From Bailinhaonella thermotolerans (GTDB lineage Bacteria > Actinomycetota > Actinomycetes > Streptosporangiales > Streptosporangiaceae): a stretch of 64,000 nt of DNA. The translations under genes and the position numbers were made by a program. Below, in pieces: positions 55,389 through 64,000 of the stretch. Each line of letters starts with the position of its first letter. Position 1 is the stretch's first letter. Location: positions 1-64,000 of the forward strand of contig NZ_QZEY01000015.1 in the NCBI RefSeq assembly GCF_003594875.1, in the 5' to 3' direction. The notes under the pieces were generated by a model that saw only the letters and a program-made list of their open reading frames with translations, searched no databases and had not been told where the DNA came from.

Positions 55389-56066
55389 TTACGTACCAGT
55401 CGTCGGCTCGCCGCGGTTCTCCCGCGACGACCGGTACGCCTTGCTCCGGAACGTCTGGAACGGCCCGGTGGGGTGGATGTCGGGCAGCCGGTTCGTCTCC
55501 GGGTCGAACGCCGGGACCTCCTCGGCCATCGGCTCGATCACCCGCAGCAGCCCGCACGGCTCCCAGCGGCCCAGGAGTGGAGCCGTGACCAGGGCGAACG
55601 TCAGAGGCGCGGTGCGCACGGCGTCGTCGAGCAGGTCGAGCCGCGCGGGCAGGTGCCAGCGCGGCGACGGCAGCAGCCCGATCGCGCGCGTCGCCCCGCC
55701 GATCTTGTACGGCAGGAGCGTGGTGTAGAGCCCGCCGAGGAACGAGGACCGCGGCACCAGCACGTGCCGTGCGACCGGGGACCACCCGGTGGTCGCGAAC
55801 AGCAGGTCCAGCGTCGCGCCGCCGTACGGCACGCGCAGCGCGACGCCGAGGACGTCGGGCAGGCCCTCCCCCGTCACGGCCTTGGAGATCCGCGCGACCG
55901 CGTCGTGCTCCCCGGCCCGGCCCAGCAGCCCGGTCTCCTCGGGCACGTCCGTCATCCCGGTCACCTTCAGCCGCGCCCGGTACGTGCGCCCGCGCAGGTG
56001 CAGCGGCCTGTCGTGCCGCTCCCGCGCCGCCTCCCCGAACGCCGACGCCGCCACGTCCGACACCAT
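55389..56066 (-). CDS. Hypothetical protein (225 aa)
   Basis: ORF with host-like codon usage. No motif recognised. Confidence 0.45.
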   Translation of the reverse strand: MVSDVAASAFGEAARERHDRPLHLRGRTYRARLKVTGMTDVPEETGLLGRAGEHDAVARISKAVTGEGLPDVLGVALRVPYGGATLDLLFATTGWSPVARHVLVPRSSFLGGLYTTLLPYKIGGATRAIGLLPSPRWHLPARLDLLDDAVRTAPLTFALVTAPLLGRWEPCGLLRVIEPMAEEVPAFDPETNRLPDIHPTGPFQTFRSKAYRSSRENRGEPTTGT

Positions 56067-56331
56067 CTCGACCCTCCTCCTCGTCGCCGCCCGCCGCGGA
56101 CTCCTCACCGCCCGCCGCGGAACCCCCCTCGCCCTACCCCGCCCGCGCCCGCCCTCACGCGCCCCGCCGTACGGCCCGCGCGCAAGCCGTACGCCCCGGG
56201 CCTCGCGGCGGGGGCGGCGGAAGGCCGGGGCGGGCGGGACGGGAAGGAAGGCGTCGCGGGCAGGACAGGAGACAGGGGGATCTTCCGGTGTTCAAGTTGG
56301 GGGAAACGTCCTGTTCTGTGCGGGGAGGGCG

Positions 56332-58179
56332 ATGGACACGCGGCGTCGTGCGAGCAGGTTCCTCCGGATCACCGTCGTCGCCGCCGCGCTGGGTCTCACC
56401 CTGCCCGCGTGCGGCGCCCCGGCGGACGGGACCGTGACCGCGCTGAGGACCCAGGCCCCGCAGGTCGTGTCGCCGCAGGCGGCGGGCACCCCTGCGGCCG
56501 CGGGAGAGCCGGACCTCCCGGAGGTGGAGCGTTCCGCCGCCCCTCTGGTGGAGCGTTCCGCGGAGCCGGAGAGCGCGGCCGATCCCTGCCCGGCGCGCGA
56601 CACCCGGGTGGCCACGCCGTACCCGATCACCGGGTACTGGCTCTTCCCCCGCTCCGACCTGTGCGAGACGCGGGAGGCCGTGGAGGCGATCCACAAGATC
56701 GGCGGCGACACGCTGATCACGTTCGGGCCCCGCCTGTCGCCCCGCGAGGTGGACTCCCGGGGCCGCCCGCTCAAGGACGGCGCGGTCGATCCCGAGTACG
56801 CCGGCTGCGTGGAGGGGACGCGGACCTGCCACCGGGCCGCGCGGGAGGCCGCCGGGGGGAAGCCGATCAGGAACGTCTTCGTCGTCCAGGCGCGCGAGGA
56901 CTTCGGCCCGGCGCTGCGCCGCTGCCCGGGCCTGGACCGGCGGGTCGAGAACGCCGGCCGCGTCTACCACCGACTGCTCATCCCCGCGGGCGGCGGCTGC
57001 TCCGGCACGGCGTACGACCTGGTCATCGTCTGGTCGAACGGCGCTGGCACCGAGCACCTGATCGAGGAGGCCGCGGCGTACGGCATGAGCGTCTTCCCCG
57101 GCCTGCCCGCCGCGCCCACGCTGGCCGAACGGCCCTGGGAGCCCGACCTCGCGCACACCCGCACCCTGAGCGCCTTCACCGCCCGCGTGCTCGCCGACTA
57201 CCGGAGCCGGTACGGCGACTCGCCCGCGCTGGCCGGGGTCTACCAGTCGTTCGAGACGACCCTGAAGGGCAAGCGCGACACCGACCCGGTGATCACCCTC
57301 TACCGGGCCCAGCACGCCGTCGTCGGATCGGCCCTGCCCGGGCGGAAGATCCTGGTCAGCCCGTACTGGGACGCGCGCAGGGACCGGGGCTTCCCGCCGG
57401 GCGAGGCCGGGGCGGGCTTCGCGGACATCGCCGCCACCCGCGCGGGGTCGCCCATGGCGATCGCGCCGCAGGACGGGCGCGGCGTCGGCAAGGTCGGCCT
57501 CTACCTGCCCGATGAGGCGGGCGAGCGCGTGGACCCGCGGGTCGCGCCGGTCGTGGGGGAGGTGTCCAACGAGGAGGCGTACTTCGGGTCGATCCGGGAC
57601 TACTACCGCGCCGCGGGCCGGGCCAGGGACGCCCTGGACGGGGTGGAGCTGTGGATGAACCTGGAGGCCATGGAGCCCACCGCGCTGCCCGGCGAGTGCG
57701 GCGCCCCGCCCCGCGCCCGCACCACCGGAGAACGGGTGGACCGGCAGCTCATGGTCGCCGGGCCGCACGTGGAGAAGGTGGTGGGGTACGCCTGGGACCC
57801 CTTCCTCCGCTGCCGCTCCGAGGACGGCTCCCCGCCGCTGCACGCCGAGCTCGCCGCCGCCTGGGACCGGCCGATCATCGTCTCGGCCGCCGAACGGTCG
57901 CGCGGCGGCCGTCCCGGCGTCGAGGTCCAGGGCTACAACCTGGCCGGCGCGACCCTGCGCCTCACCCACCTCCGCCCCGGCGACGACGCGCCGCAGGCGG
58001 TGAGCGCGCCGCTCGCCGTGTCCGCGCCGCCGTCCGGCCGCCCGTACCCCGCCGCGTTCCAGTCGGCCTGGGCCCCCGTCGTCCCCGACGGGATCGACCC
58101 CGACCGGCCCTGGGCCCGCCTCACCGCGATCTCGCCCGCGGGCGGCGCGAGCACCGGTTCCTTCCCGCTCCGCTACTGA
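56332..58179 (+). CDS. Secreted lipoprotein, function unknown (~615 aa)
   Basis: Lipoprotein signal MDTRRRASRFLRITVVAAALGLTLPACG. The upstream part of track ORF 55789 is not used. Confidence 0.6.
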   Translation: MDTRRRASRFLRITVVAAALGLTLPACGAPADGTVTALRTQAPQVVSPQAAGTPAAAGEPDLPEVERSAAPLVERSAEPESAADPCPARDTRVATPYPITGYWLFPRSDLCETREAVEAIHKIGGDTLITFGPRLSPREVDSRGRPLKDGAVDPEYAGCVEGTRTCHRAAREAAGGKPIRNVFVVQAREDFGPALRRCPGLDRRVENAGRVYHRLLIPAGGGCSGTAYDLVIVWSNGAGTEHLIEEAAAYGMSVFPGLPAAPTLAERPWEPDLAHTRTLSAFTARVLADYRSRYGDSPALAGVYQSFETTLKGKRDTDPVITLYRAQHAVVGSALPGRKILVSPYWDARRDRGFPPGEAGAGFADIAATRAGSPMAIAPQDGRGVGKVGLYLPDEAGERVDPRVAPVVGEVSNEEAYFGSIRDYYRAAGRARDALDGVELWMNLEAMEPTALPGECGAPPRARTTGERVDRQLMVAGPHVEKVVGYAWDPFLRCRSEDGSPPLHAELAAAWDRPIIVSAAERSRGGRPGVEVQGYNLAGATLRLTHLRPGDDAPQAVSAPLAVSAPPSGRPYPAAFQSAWAPVVPDGIDPDRPWARLTAISPAGGASTGSFPLRY

Positions 58180-58336
58180 CCGCCCCGCGAGGTCTCCGCC
58201 GTACGGCGAGGCCCCCGGCTCCGGCCCCGCTCGGGCCGTACGGCCGCGCCCGGGCCGCGCCCGGGTCGGGCCGGGCGCGGGCTCAGGCCGTACGGACGGG
58301 GGAGACGGGACGGGTCCTAGGGAGACGGGACGGGTC

Positions 58337-60037
58337 CTAGGGAGGGGGCGTGACGGTGGAGCCGCGCTTGACCGGGAGCTGGTTCTGGACCAGGTGCCCG
58401 TAGTGGAGGTCGAAGGCGGGGCGCTCGGAGCGGATGGGGGGCAGGCGCGTGAAGTTGTGGCGCGGCGGCGGGCAGGAGGTGGCCCATTCCAGGGAGTTGC
58501 CGAAGCCCCAGGGGTCGTCCACGGTGACGCGGTCGCCCCGGCGGGCGGTGCGCCAGACGTTGTAGAGGAAGACCAGCGTGGACAGGGCGAGGAGCAGGAC
58601 GCCCGCCGAGGAGATCTGGTTGAGCAGGGTGAACCCGTCGGCGGGGGCGTAGTCGGAGTAGCGGCGGGGCATCCCGGCGGCGCCGAGCCAGTGCTGGACC
58701 AGGAAGCCCACGTGGAAGCCGAAGAACAGCATCCAGAAGTGCAGCTTGCCCAGTCCGTCGTGGAACATGGTGCCGGTGAACTTGGGCCACCAGAAGTAGA
58801 AGCCGCCGAACATCGCGAACACCACGGTGCCGAACAGCACGTAGTGGAAGTGGGCGACCACGAAGTAGCTGTCGGTGACGTGGAAGTCCAGCGGCGGCGA
58901 GGCCAGCAGGACCCCGGTGAGCCCGCCGAACAGGAACGTCACCAGGAACCCCACGGCGAACAGCATCGGCGTCGCGAACGTGAGCTGACCCTGCCACATC
59001 GTGCCGACCCAGTTGAAGAACTTCACCCCGGTGGGCACGGCGATCAGGAACGACATGAAGGAGAAGAACGGCAGCAGCACCTGCCCGGTCCCGAACATGT
59101 GGTGGGCCCACACGGTCATGGACAGGCCGGCGATCACGATCGTGGCGCCGACCAGGCCGGTGTACCCGAAGATCGGCTTGCGGCTGAAGACCGGGATGAT
59201 CTCGGTGACGATGCCGAAGAAGGGCAGCGCCACGATGTAGACCTCCGGGTGGCCGAAGAACCAGAACAGGTGCTGCCACAGCATGGCCCCGCCGGTCTCG
59301 GCGTCGAAGAAGTGGCTCCCGAGCTTGCGGTCGAGCCCCAGCGCCAGCAGCGCGCCCGTCAGCACCGGGAAGGCCATGAGCACCAGCGCCGCCGTGAGCA
59401 GGGTGTTCCAGGTGAAGATGGGCATCCGGAACATCGTCATTCCGGGCGCGCGCATGCACACGATGGTCGCGATGAAGTTGACCGAGCCCAGGATCGTCCC
59501 CAGCCCGGACAGCACCAGCCCCATCACCCACAGGTCGCCGCCCGGGCCGGGGGAGGCGATCCCGTCCGAGAGCGGCGTGTAGGCGAACCACCCGAAGCTG
59601 GCGGCCCCGCCCGGCGTGAGGAAGCCGGCCATCACGATCAGCCCGCCGAACAGGAACAGGTAGTAGCTCAGCATGTTCATCCGGGGGAAGGCCACGTCGG
59701 GCGCCCCGATCTGCAGCGGCACGATCACGTTCGCGAACCCGATGAACAGCGGCGTCGCGAACAGCAGCAGCATGATCGTGCCGTGCATGGTGAACATCTG
59801 GTTGTACTGCTCGTTCGTGGTGAACTGCAGCCCCGGCTCGAACAGCTCGGCCCGGATCACCAGCGCCATCACGCCCGCGGCGAGGAAGAACGCGAACGCG
59901 GTGATCAGGTACATGTACCCGATCACCTTGTGGTCCGTGGACGACAGCCACGGGACCAGCACCGAACCCTTGCGGCCGCGCCCCCGGGAGCGGGCCGGAA
60001 CCCCCGCGCCCTCCCCGGCCCCGCGCCCACGCGTCAC
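58337..60037 (-). CDS. ctaD: Cytochrome c oxidase subunit I (heme-copper oxidase catalytic subunit), stand-alone copy
   Basis: Near-canonical CtaD sequence: [15 protein letters not shown], heme/CuB ligands (HAFVMIFF-equivalent, [11 protein letters not shown]). 12 TM helices. No ctaC/ctaE adjacent. Confidence 0.9.
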   Translation of the reverse strand: MTRGRGAGEGAGVPARSRGRGRKGSVLVPWLSSTDHKVIGYMYLITAFAFFLAAGVMALVIRAELFEPGLQFTTNEQYNQMFTMHGTIMLLLFATPLFIGFANVIVPLQIGAPDVAFPRMNMLSYYLFLFGGLIVMAGFLTPGGAASFGWFAYTPLSDGIASPGPGGDLWVMGLVLSGLGTILGSVNFIATIVCMRAPGMTMFRMPIFTWNTLLTAALVLMAFPVLTGALLALGLDRKLGSHFFDAETGGAMLWQHLFWFFGHPEVYIVALPFFGIVTEIIPVFSRKPIFGYTGLVGATIVIAGLSMTVWAHHMFGTGQVLLPFFSFMSFLIAVPTGVKFFNWVGTMWQGQLTFATPMLFAVGFLVTFLFGGLTGVLLASPPLDFHVTDSYFVVAHFHYVLFGTVVFAMFGGFYFWWPKFTGTMFHDGLGKLHFWMLFFGFHVGFLVQHWLGAAGMPRRYSDYAPADGFTLLNQISSAGVLLLALSTLVFLYNVWRTARRGDRVTVDDPWGFGNSLEWATSCPPPRHNFTRLPPIRSERPAFDLHYGHLVQNQLPVKRGSTVTPPP

Positions 60038-60237
60038 CCCGGACTCCTTCCCACGATCTCCGCCGAGTCCTGCCCGCTCCGCGCTCCCCGCCCACCCGCC
60101 CCAGCCCGCTCCGGGCCGAACCTTTACCCATCCCCGACCGCCGCCCCGGCCGAGTGACGAGGTCGTACGGCCGCGCGGGGGAGATAGGGATGGTCGCGGA
60201 TAATCCGGCGCGGGACGGTTTTGGGTAACCTGAGGTC

Positions 60238-60726
60238 ATGACTGCCATGGCGCCCGCGCGCACCGAGACCGATCTGTCGTTCCTGCTCGACCACACGAGC
60301 CGGGTGCTGAGATCGCGGATGACCGCCGCGCTGGCGGAGATCGGGCTGACGCCGCGGATGCACTGCGTGCTGGTGCACGCGCTGGAGGAGGAGCGGACGC
60401 AGATCCAGCTCGCCGAGATCGGGGACATGGACAAGACCACGATGGTGGTGACCGTGGACGCGCTGGAGGAGGCGGGGTACGCCGAGCGCCGGCCGTCGAG
60501 CAAGGACCGGCGGGCGCGGATCATCGCCGTCACCGAGGCGGGCGCGGAGATCGCGCGGCGGAGCCAGGAGGTGGTGGACGGGGTGCACAGGGACGCCCTG
60601 GCGACGTTGCCCGAGGACGAGCGGGAGGTGCTCGTCCGGGCGCTGAACCGGCTGGTCAGCGGCCACCTGGCGACGCCCGTCGAAGGGGAGCGCCAGGTGC
60701 GGCGGGCCCGGGAGCGCACAAAGTAG
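60238..60726 (+). CDS. MarR family transcriptional regulator
   Basis: wHTH core QIQLAEIGDMDKTTMVVTVDALEEAGYAERRPSSKDRRARIIAVTEAG. Confidence 0.85.
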   Translation: MTAMAPARTETDLSFLLDHTSRVLRSRMTAALAEIGLTPRMHCVLVHALEEERTQIQLAEIGDMDKTTMVVTVDALEEAGYAERRPSSKDRRARIIAVTEAGAEIARRSQEVVDGVHRDALATLPEDEREVLVRALNRLVSGHLATPVEGERQVRRARERTK

Positions 60727-60762
60727 GTCCGATAAATATCGTCTATAACGGAACTATCTGTT

Positions 60763-60802
60763 ATGGTCTCTCTCGTCGACTTCGCGAAACGGGAGAGACC
60801 AT
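60763..60802. promoter_or_regulatory. 10-bp inverted repeat ATGGTCTCTC-N20-GAGAGACCAT whose right arm covers the RBS and ATG of the MFS gene
   Basis: Perfect 10-bp arms. The right arm spans gggaGAGAGACCATg (the start codon at 60801). Preceded by an AT-rich tataacgg...ctgttatgg partial dyad. Confidence 0.5.
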
Positions 60803-62243
60803 GTCTGATCTGCGCACCTCGCGCTGGACCGCCCTCGGGGTCCTGTCCGCCGCCGGGCTCATGACGATCCTGGACGGCAGCATCGTGACCGTGGCCCTGC
60901 CGGCCATCCAGCACGACCTGGGCTTCTCGCCCGCCGGGCTGAGCTGGATCCTCAACGCGTACCTGATCGCGTTCGGCGGGCTGCTGCTGCTCGCGGGCCG
61001 CCTCGGGGACCTGATCGGCCGCCGGGCCATGTTCCTGGCCGGGAACGTGGTCTTCACCGCCGCCTCCGTGCTGGCCGGCCTGGCGGTCAGCCCCGGCATG
61101 CTGATCGCCGCGCGGTTCCTCCAGGGGGTCGGCAGCGCCATGGCCTCCGCGGTCGTCCTGGGCATCCTGGTCACGCTGTTCACCGAGCCCCGCGAGCGCG
61201 GCAAGGCGATCGGGATCTTCAGCTTCACCGGCGCGGCCGGCGCGTCCATCGGCCAGGTCCTCGGCGGAGTGCTCACCGACGCCCTGAGCTGGGAATGGAT
61301 CTTCCTGATCAACGTGCCGATCGGCCTGGCCACCGTCGCGCTCGCCCTGGTGGCCCTGCCCGCCGACCGCGGCATCGGCCTGGCCGCGGGCGCGGACGTC
61401 GTCGGCGCGGTCCTGGTCACCTCCGGCCTCATGCTGGGCATCTACACCGTGGTCAAGGTGGAGGAGCACGGCTGGCTCGCCGCCCACACCCTCGGCCTCG
61501 GCGCGGTCTCCCTGGCCCTGCTCGCCGGGTTCGTCGTCCGGCAGGCCACCGCCCGCACCCCGCTCATGCCGCTGCGGATCTTCCGCTCCCGCAACGTCGT
61601 CGGCGCCAACCTCGCCCAGATGCTCACCCTGTCCGGGATGTTCGCCTTCCAGATCCTGGCCGCGCTCCACATGCAGAAGGTCCTCGGATACGGCGCCCTG
61701 GAGACCGGCCTGGCGATGCTCCCCGCCGCCGTCGGCATCGGCTCGGTCTCGCTGTTCGTCTCCGCCCGGGTCAGCGCCCGCTTCGGCCCCCGCGCCGTGC
61801 TGGTGGCCGGGCTCGTCCTCCTCGCCGCCGCGATGGGCCTGCTCAGCCGCATCCCGGTGGACGCCGACTACGTCACCCACCTGCTCCCGGTCATGGTCCT
61901 GATCTCCGGCGGCGGCCTGGTCCTGCCCGCGCTGGCCACGCTGGGCATGTCCGGCGCCAAGGAGAGCGACGCCGGGCTCGCCTCGGGCCTGTTCAACACC
62001 ACCCAGCAGGTCGGCATGGCGATCGGCGTCGCGGTCCTGTCCACGCTGGCCGCCTCCCGCACCGGGAACCTGCTGGCCGCCGGCGCCACCGAGGCCGCCG
62101 CGCTGACCGAGGGGTACCGCCTGGCGTTCACCGTCTCCGCCGGACTCCTCGTCGCCGCCCTGCTCGTCGGCCTGACCGTCCTGCGCCGTCCCGCCGCCGC
62201 CGGAGCCGCCGAGGGTTCCGAGGCCGTCCACGTGGGCGTCTGA
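60801..62243 (+). CDS. MFS efflux transporter, DHA2 (14-TMS, EmrB/QacA) family
   Basis: 14 predicted TM helices. Motif A GRLGDLIGRR. Downstream of the MarR. Confidence 0.85.
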   Translation: MSDLRTSRWTALGVLSAAGLMTILDGSIVTVALPAIQHDLGFSPAGLSWILNAYLIAFGGLLLLAGRLGDLIGRRAMFLAGNVVFTAASVLAGLAVSPGMLIAARFLQGVGSAMASAVVLGILVTLFTEPRERGKAIGIFSFTGAAGASIGQVLGGVLTDALSWEWIFLINVPIGLATVALALVALPADRGIGLAAGADVVGAVLVTSGLMLGIYTVVKVEEHGWLAAHTLGLGAVSLALLAGFVVRQATARTPLMPLRIFRSRNVVGANLAQMLTLSGMFAFQILAALHMQKVLGYGALETGLAMLPAAVGIGSVSLFVSARVSARFGPRAVLVAGLVLLAAAMGLLSRIPVDADYVTHLLPVMVLISGGGLVLPALATLGMSGAKESDAGLASGLFNTTQQVGMAIGVAVLSTLAASRTGNLLAAGATEAAALTEGYRLAFTVSAGLLVAALLVGLTVLRRPAAAGAAEGSEAVHVGV

Positions 62244-62450
62244 CCGCTCCTCCCGCGCCGGGAGCCGTGCCCTCACCCGGGTACGGCTCCCGCCGCGTCC
62301 GGCCCCGCCGTACCCGGGCCGCTCACCCCGCTCGCCGTTCTCCCGTACGGCGTCCGCGGGGCTCGCGTGCCGTACGGGATGACAACCGTCATGGGGAGGA
62401 GGTGACGGACGGACGAGGCGCGGGGGAGGCCGCGGCGGGAAGGTCGGGGC

Positions 62451-63368
62451 ATGGATGATCCGGTGGCCGCGGGTGCGGCGGTGCGGCTCTCGGGGCTGCG
62501 CAAATCGTTCGGTGAGGTGCGCGCGGTGCGCGGGGTCGAGCTGACCGTGGCGCCCGGCGAGGTGCTGGCGCTGCTCGGCCCCAACGCGGCGGGCAAGACG
62601 ACCACGATGGAGATGCTGCTCGGGCTGACCACCCCGGACGCGGGGGAGGTGACGGTGTTCGGGCGGACCCCCCGGCGCGCGACGGCGGAGGGGCTGGTGG
62701 GCGCCATGCTCCAGTCGGGCGGCTTCCTCGGCGAGATGACCGCGCGGGAGATCGTGGGCGTCATGGCGGCGCAGTACCCCGGGTCGCTCCGCGTCGCCGA
62801 CGCGCTGGCCAGGGCCGGGGTCGAGAAGTACGCCAAGGCCAGGTACGGCGGGCTGTCCGGCGGCCAGAAGCAGCGGGTGCGGTTCGCGGCGGCGCTCGTG
62901 TGCGACCCCGACCTGCTGGTGCTGGACGAGCCCACGGTGGCGATGGACGTGGCGGCGCGGGCCGACTTCTGGGCGGCGATGCGGGAGTACACCACCGGCG
63001 GGCGGACGGTGATCTTCGCGACGCACTACCTGGCGGAGGCGCAGGAGTTCGCCGACCGGGTGGTGCTCATGCGGCACGGCGAGGTGATCGCGGACGGCTC
63101 GGTGGCGGCGATCTGCGCCAAGGTGGACGGGCGCACGATCAGGGCGAACGTGCCCGGCGCCGCCCTCGCGGAGCTGCGGCGGCTGCCCGGCGTCGGCTCG
63201 GCCGAGACGCGCGGGGAGCGGGCCGAGCTGCACTGCGCCGACTCCGACGCGGCGCTGCGCGCGCTGCTGGCCGCCTGGCCCGCGGCGTACGACGTGTCGG
63301 TGACGGCGATGTCGCTGGAGGACGCGTTCGTGGTGCTCACCGCCGACGACGCCGGGGAGAGGGTCTGA
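62451..63368 (+). CDS. ABC transporter ATP-binding protein (ABC-2 / DrrA-like)
   Basis: Walker A GPNAAGKTT, signature LSGGQKQR, Walker B LLVLDEPT. Confidence 0.88.
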   Translation: MDDPVAAGAAVRLSGLRKSFGEVRAVRGVELTVAPGEVLALLGPNAAGKTTTMEMLLGLTTPDAGEVTVFGRTPRRATAEGLVGAMLQSGGFLGEMTAREIVGVMAAQYPGSLRVADALARAGVEKYAKARYGGLSGGQKQRVRFAAALVCDPDLLVLDEPTVAMDVAARADFWAAMREYTTGGRTVIFATHYLAEAQEFADRVVLMRHGEVIADGSVAAICAKVDGRTIRANVPGAALAELRRLPGVGSAETRGERAELHCADSDAALRALLAAWPAAYDVSVTAMSLEDAFVVLTADDAGERV

Positions 63369-63369
63369 C

Positions 63370-64000
63370 ATGGGGACGCTGGTCTGGACCGAACTGCGCA
63401 CGCTGTCCAGGAACACCACCTTCCTGCTGATCACGATCGCGCTGCCGGTCGTGTTCTTCCTGGTCATGTCGGAGGTCTTCGGCGGGCAGGACGCCGGCGG
63501 CTTCGACATGGCCCGCTACATGATGATCAGCATGGCGGCGTTCGCGGCCATGTCCGTCTCGATCGCCGTCGGGACGCGGGTGGGCCAGGAGCGGCTGGCC
63601 GGGTGGAACCGCCAGCTCCGGCTCACCCCGCTGCCCGGCTGGGCGTACGTCGCCTCGAAGGTGGTCGTCGCGCTCGCGCTGGTGCTCCCCGCGGTGGCGC
63701 TGGTCTTCCTCGCCGGTCTGGCGATCAAGGGGGTCTCGCTGTCCGGCGGGCAGTGGCTCGGGCTGCTCGTGACGGTGTGGCTCGGGTCGCTGCCGTTCGG
63801 GGTGATCGGGCTCGCGCTGGGCCTCGCGGTCAAGCCCGACGCCGCCGAGGGGGTCGGCGTCGCGGTGTACCTGCCGATGGCCATGCTCGGCGGCCTGTGG
63901 GTGCCGGTCGAGGTGCTGCCCCCGTTCATGGCGGCGGTGGCCAAGGCCCTGCCGAGCTACTGGGTGGCCGAGAACGCGCGCCGGCAGCTCGCCGACGGCC
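63370..64000 (+). CDS. ABC-2 type transporter permease (partial, runs off window end)
   Basis: ATG 2 nt after the ATPase stop. Multiple TM helices (FLLITIALPVVFFLV...). Confidence 0.75.
   Translation, partial: MGTLVWTELRTLSRNTTFLLITIALPVVFFLVMSEVFGGQDAGGFDMARYMMISMAAFAAMSVSIAVGTRVGQERLAGWNRQLRLTPLPGWAYVASKVVVALALVLPAVALVFLAGLAIKGVSLSGGQWLGLLVTVWLGSLPFGVIGLALGLAVKPDAAEGVGVAVYLPMAMLGGLWVPVEVLPPFMAAVAKALPSYWVAENARRQLADG

Noticed and set aside
58317-63509. 1730-aa minus-strand ORF
   Set aside because: It spans ctaD (out of frame) and runs antisense through MarR, MFS and ABC genes. It is an artefact of the GC-rich sequence.

Overview
High-GC (roughly 70-75%) actinomycete-type chromosomal window, gene-dense, with about 55 supportable protein-coding genes and no rRNA, tRNA or CRISPR array recognisable by eye. 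The leading candidate for a novel system is a four-gene minus-strand operon at 158..8481: an NfeD-like membrane protein, a flotillin (SPFH) scaffold, a 1702-aa protein carrying only a C-terminal AAA+ ATPase domain, and an orphan F-type ATP-synthase c-subunit paralog with no other atp genes around it. The remainder holds a sugar ABC importer; a MarR-linked aromatic-catabolism operon (cupin, PDR-type reductase, Rieske oxygenase, extradiol dioxygenase, hydrolases, SDRs, TPP enzyme, MFS) interrupted by a low-GC small gene bounded by a perfect 22-bp hairpin; a 6x22-bp iteron-like tandem repeat; an APH(6)-like kinase, methyltransferase and FAD-monooxygenase island next to a 620-bp repeat-rich spacer that shares a MITE-like inverted-repeat element with two other intergenic sites; a LysR + FAD-oxidase + MFS unit; ArsR/SRPBCC and AhpD-like genes; a large SARP regulator divergent from an imine-reductase-like gene; a Bce-like ABC/two-component module; a CBP21-like AA10 LPMO; a stand-alone ctaD; and MarR-MFS and ABC efflux genes. 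Many long ORFs in the supplied track are antisense or alternate-frame artefacts of the GC-rich sequence and were rejected.
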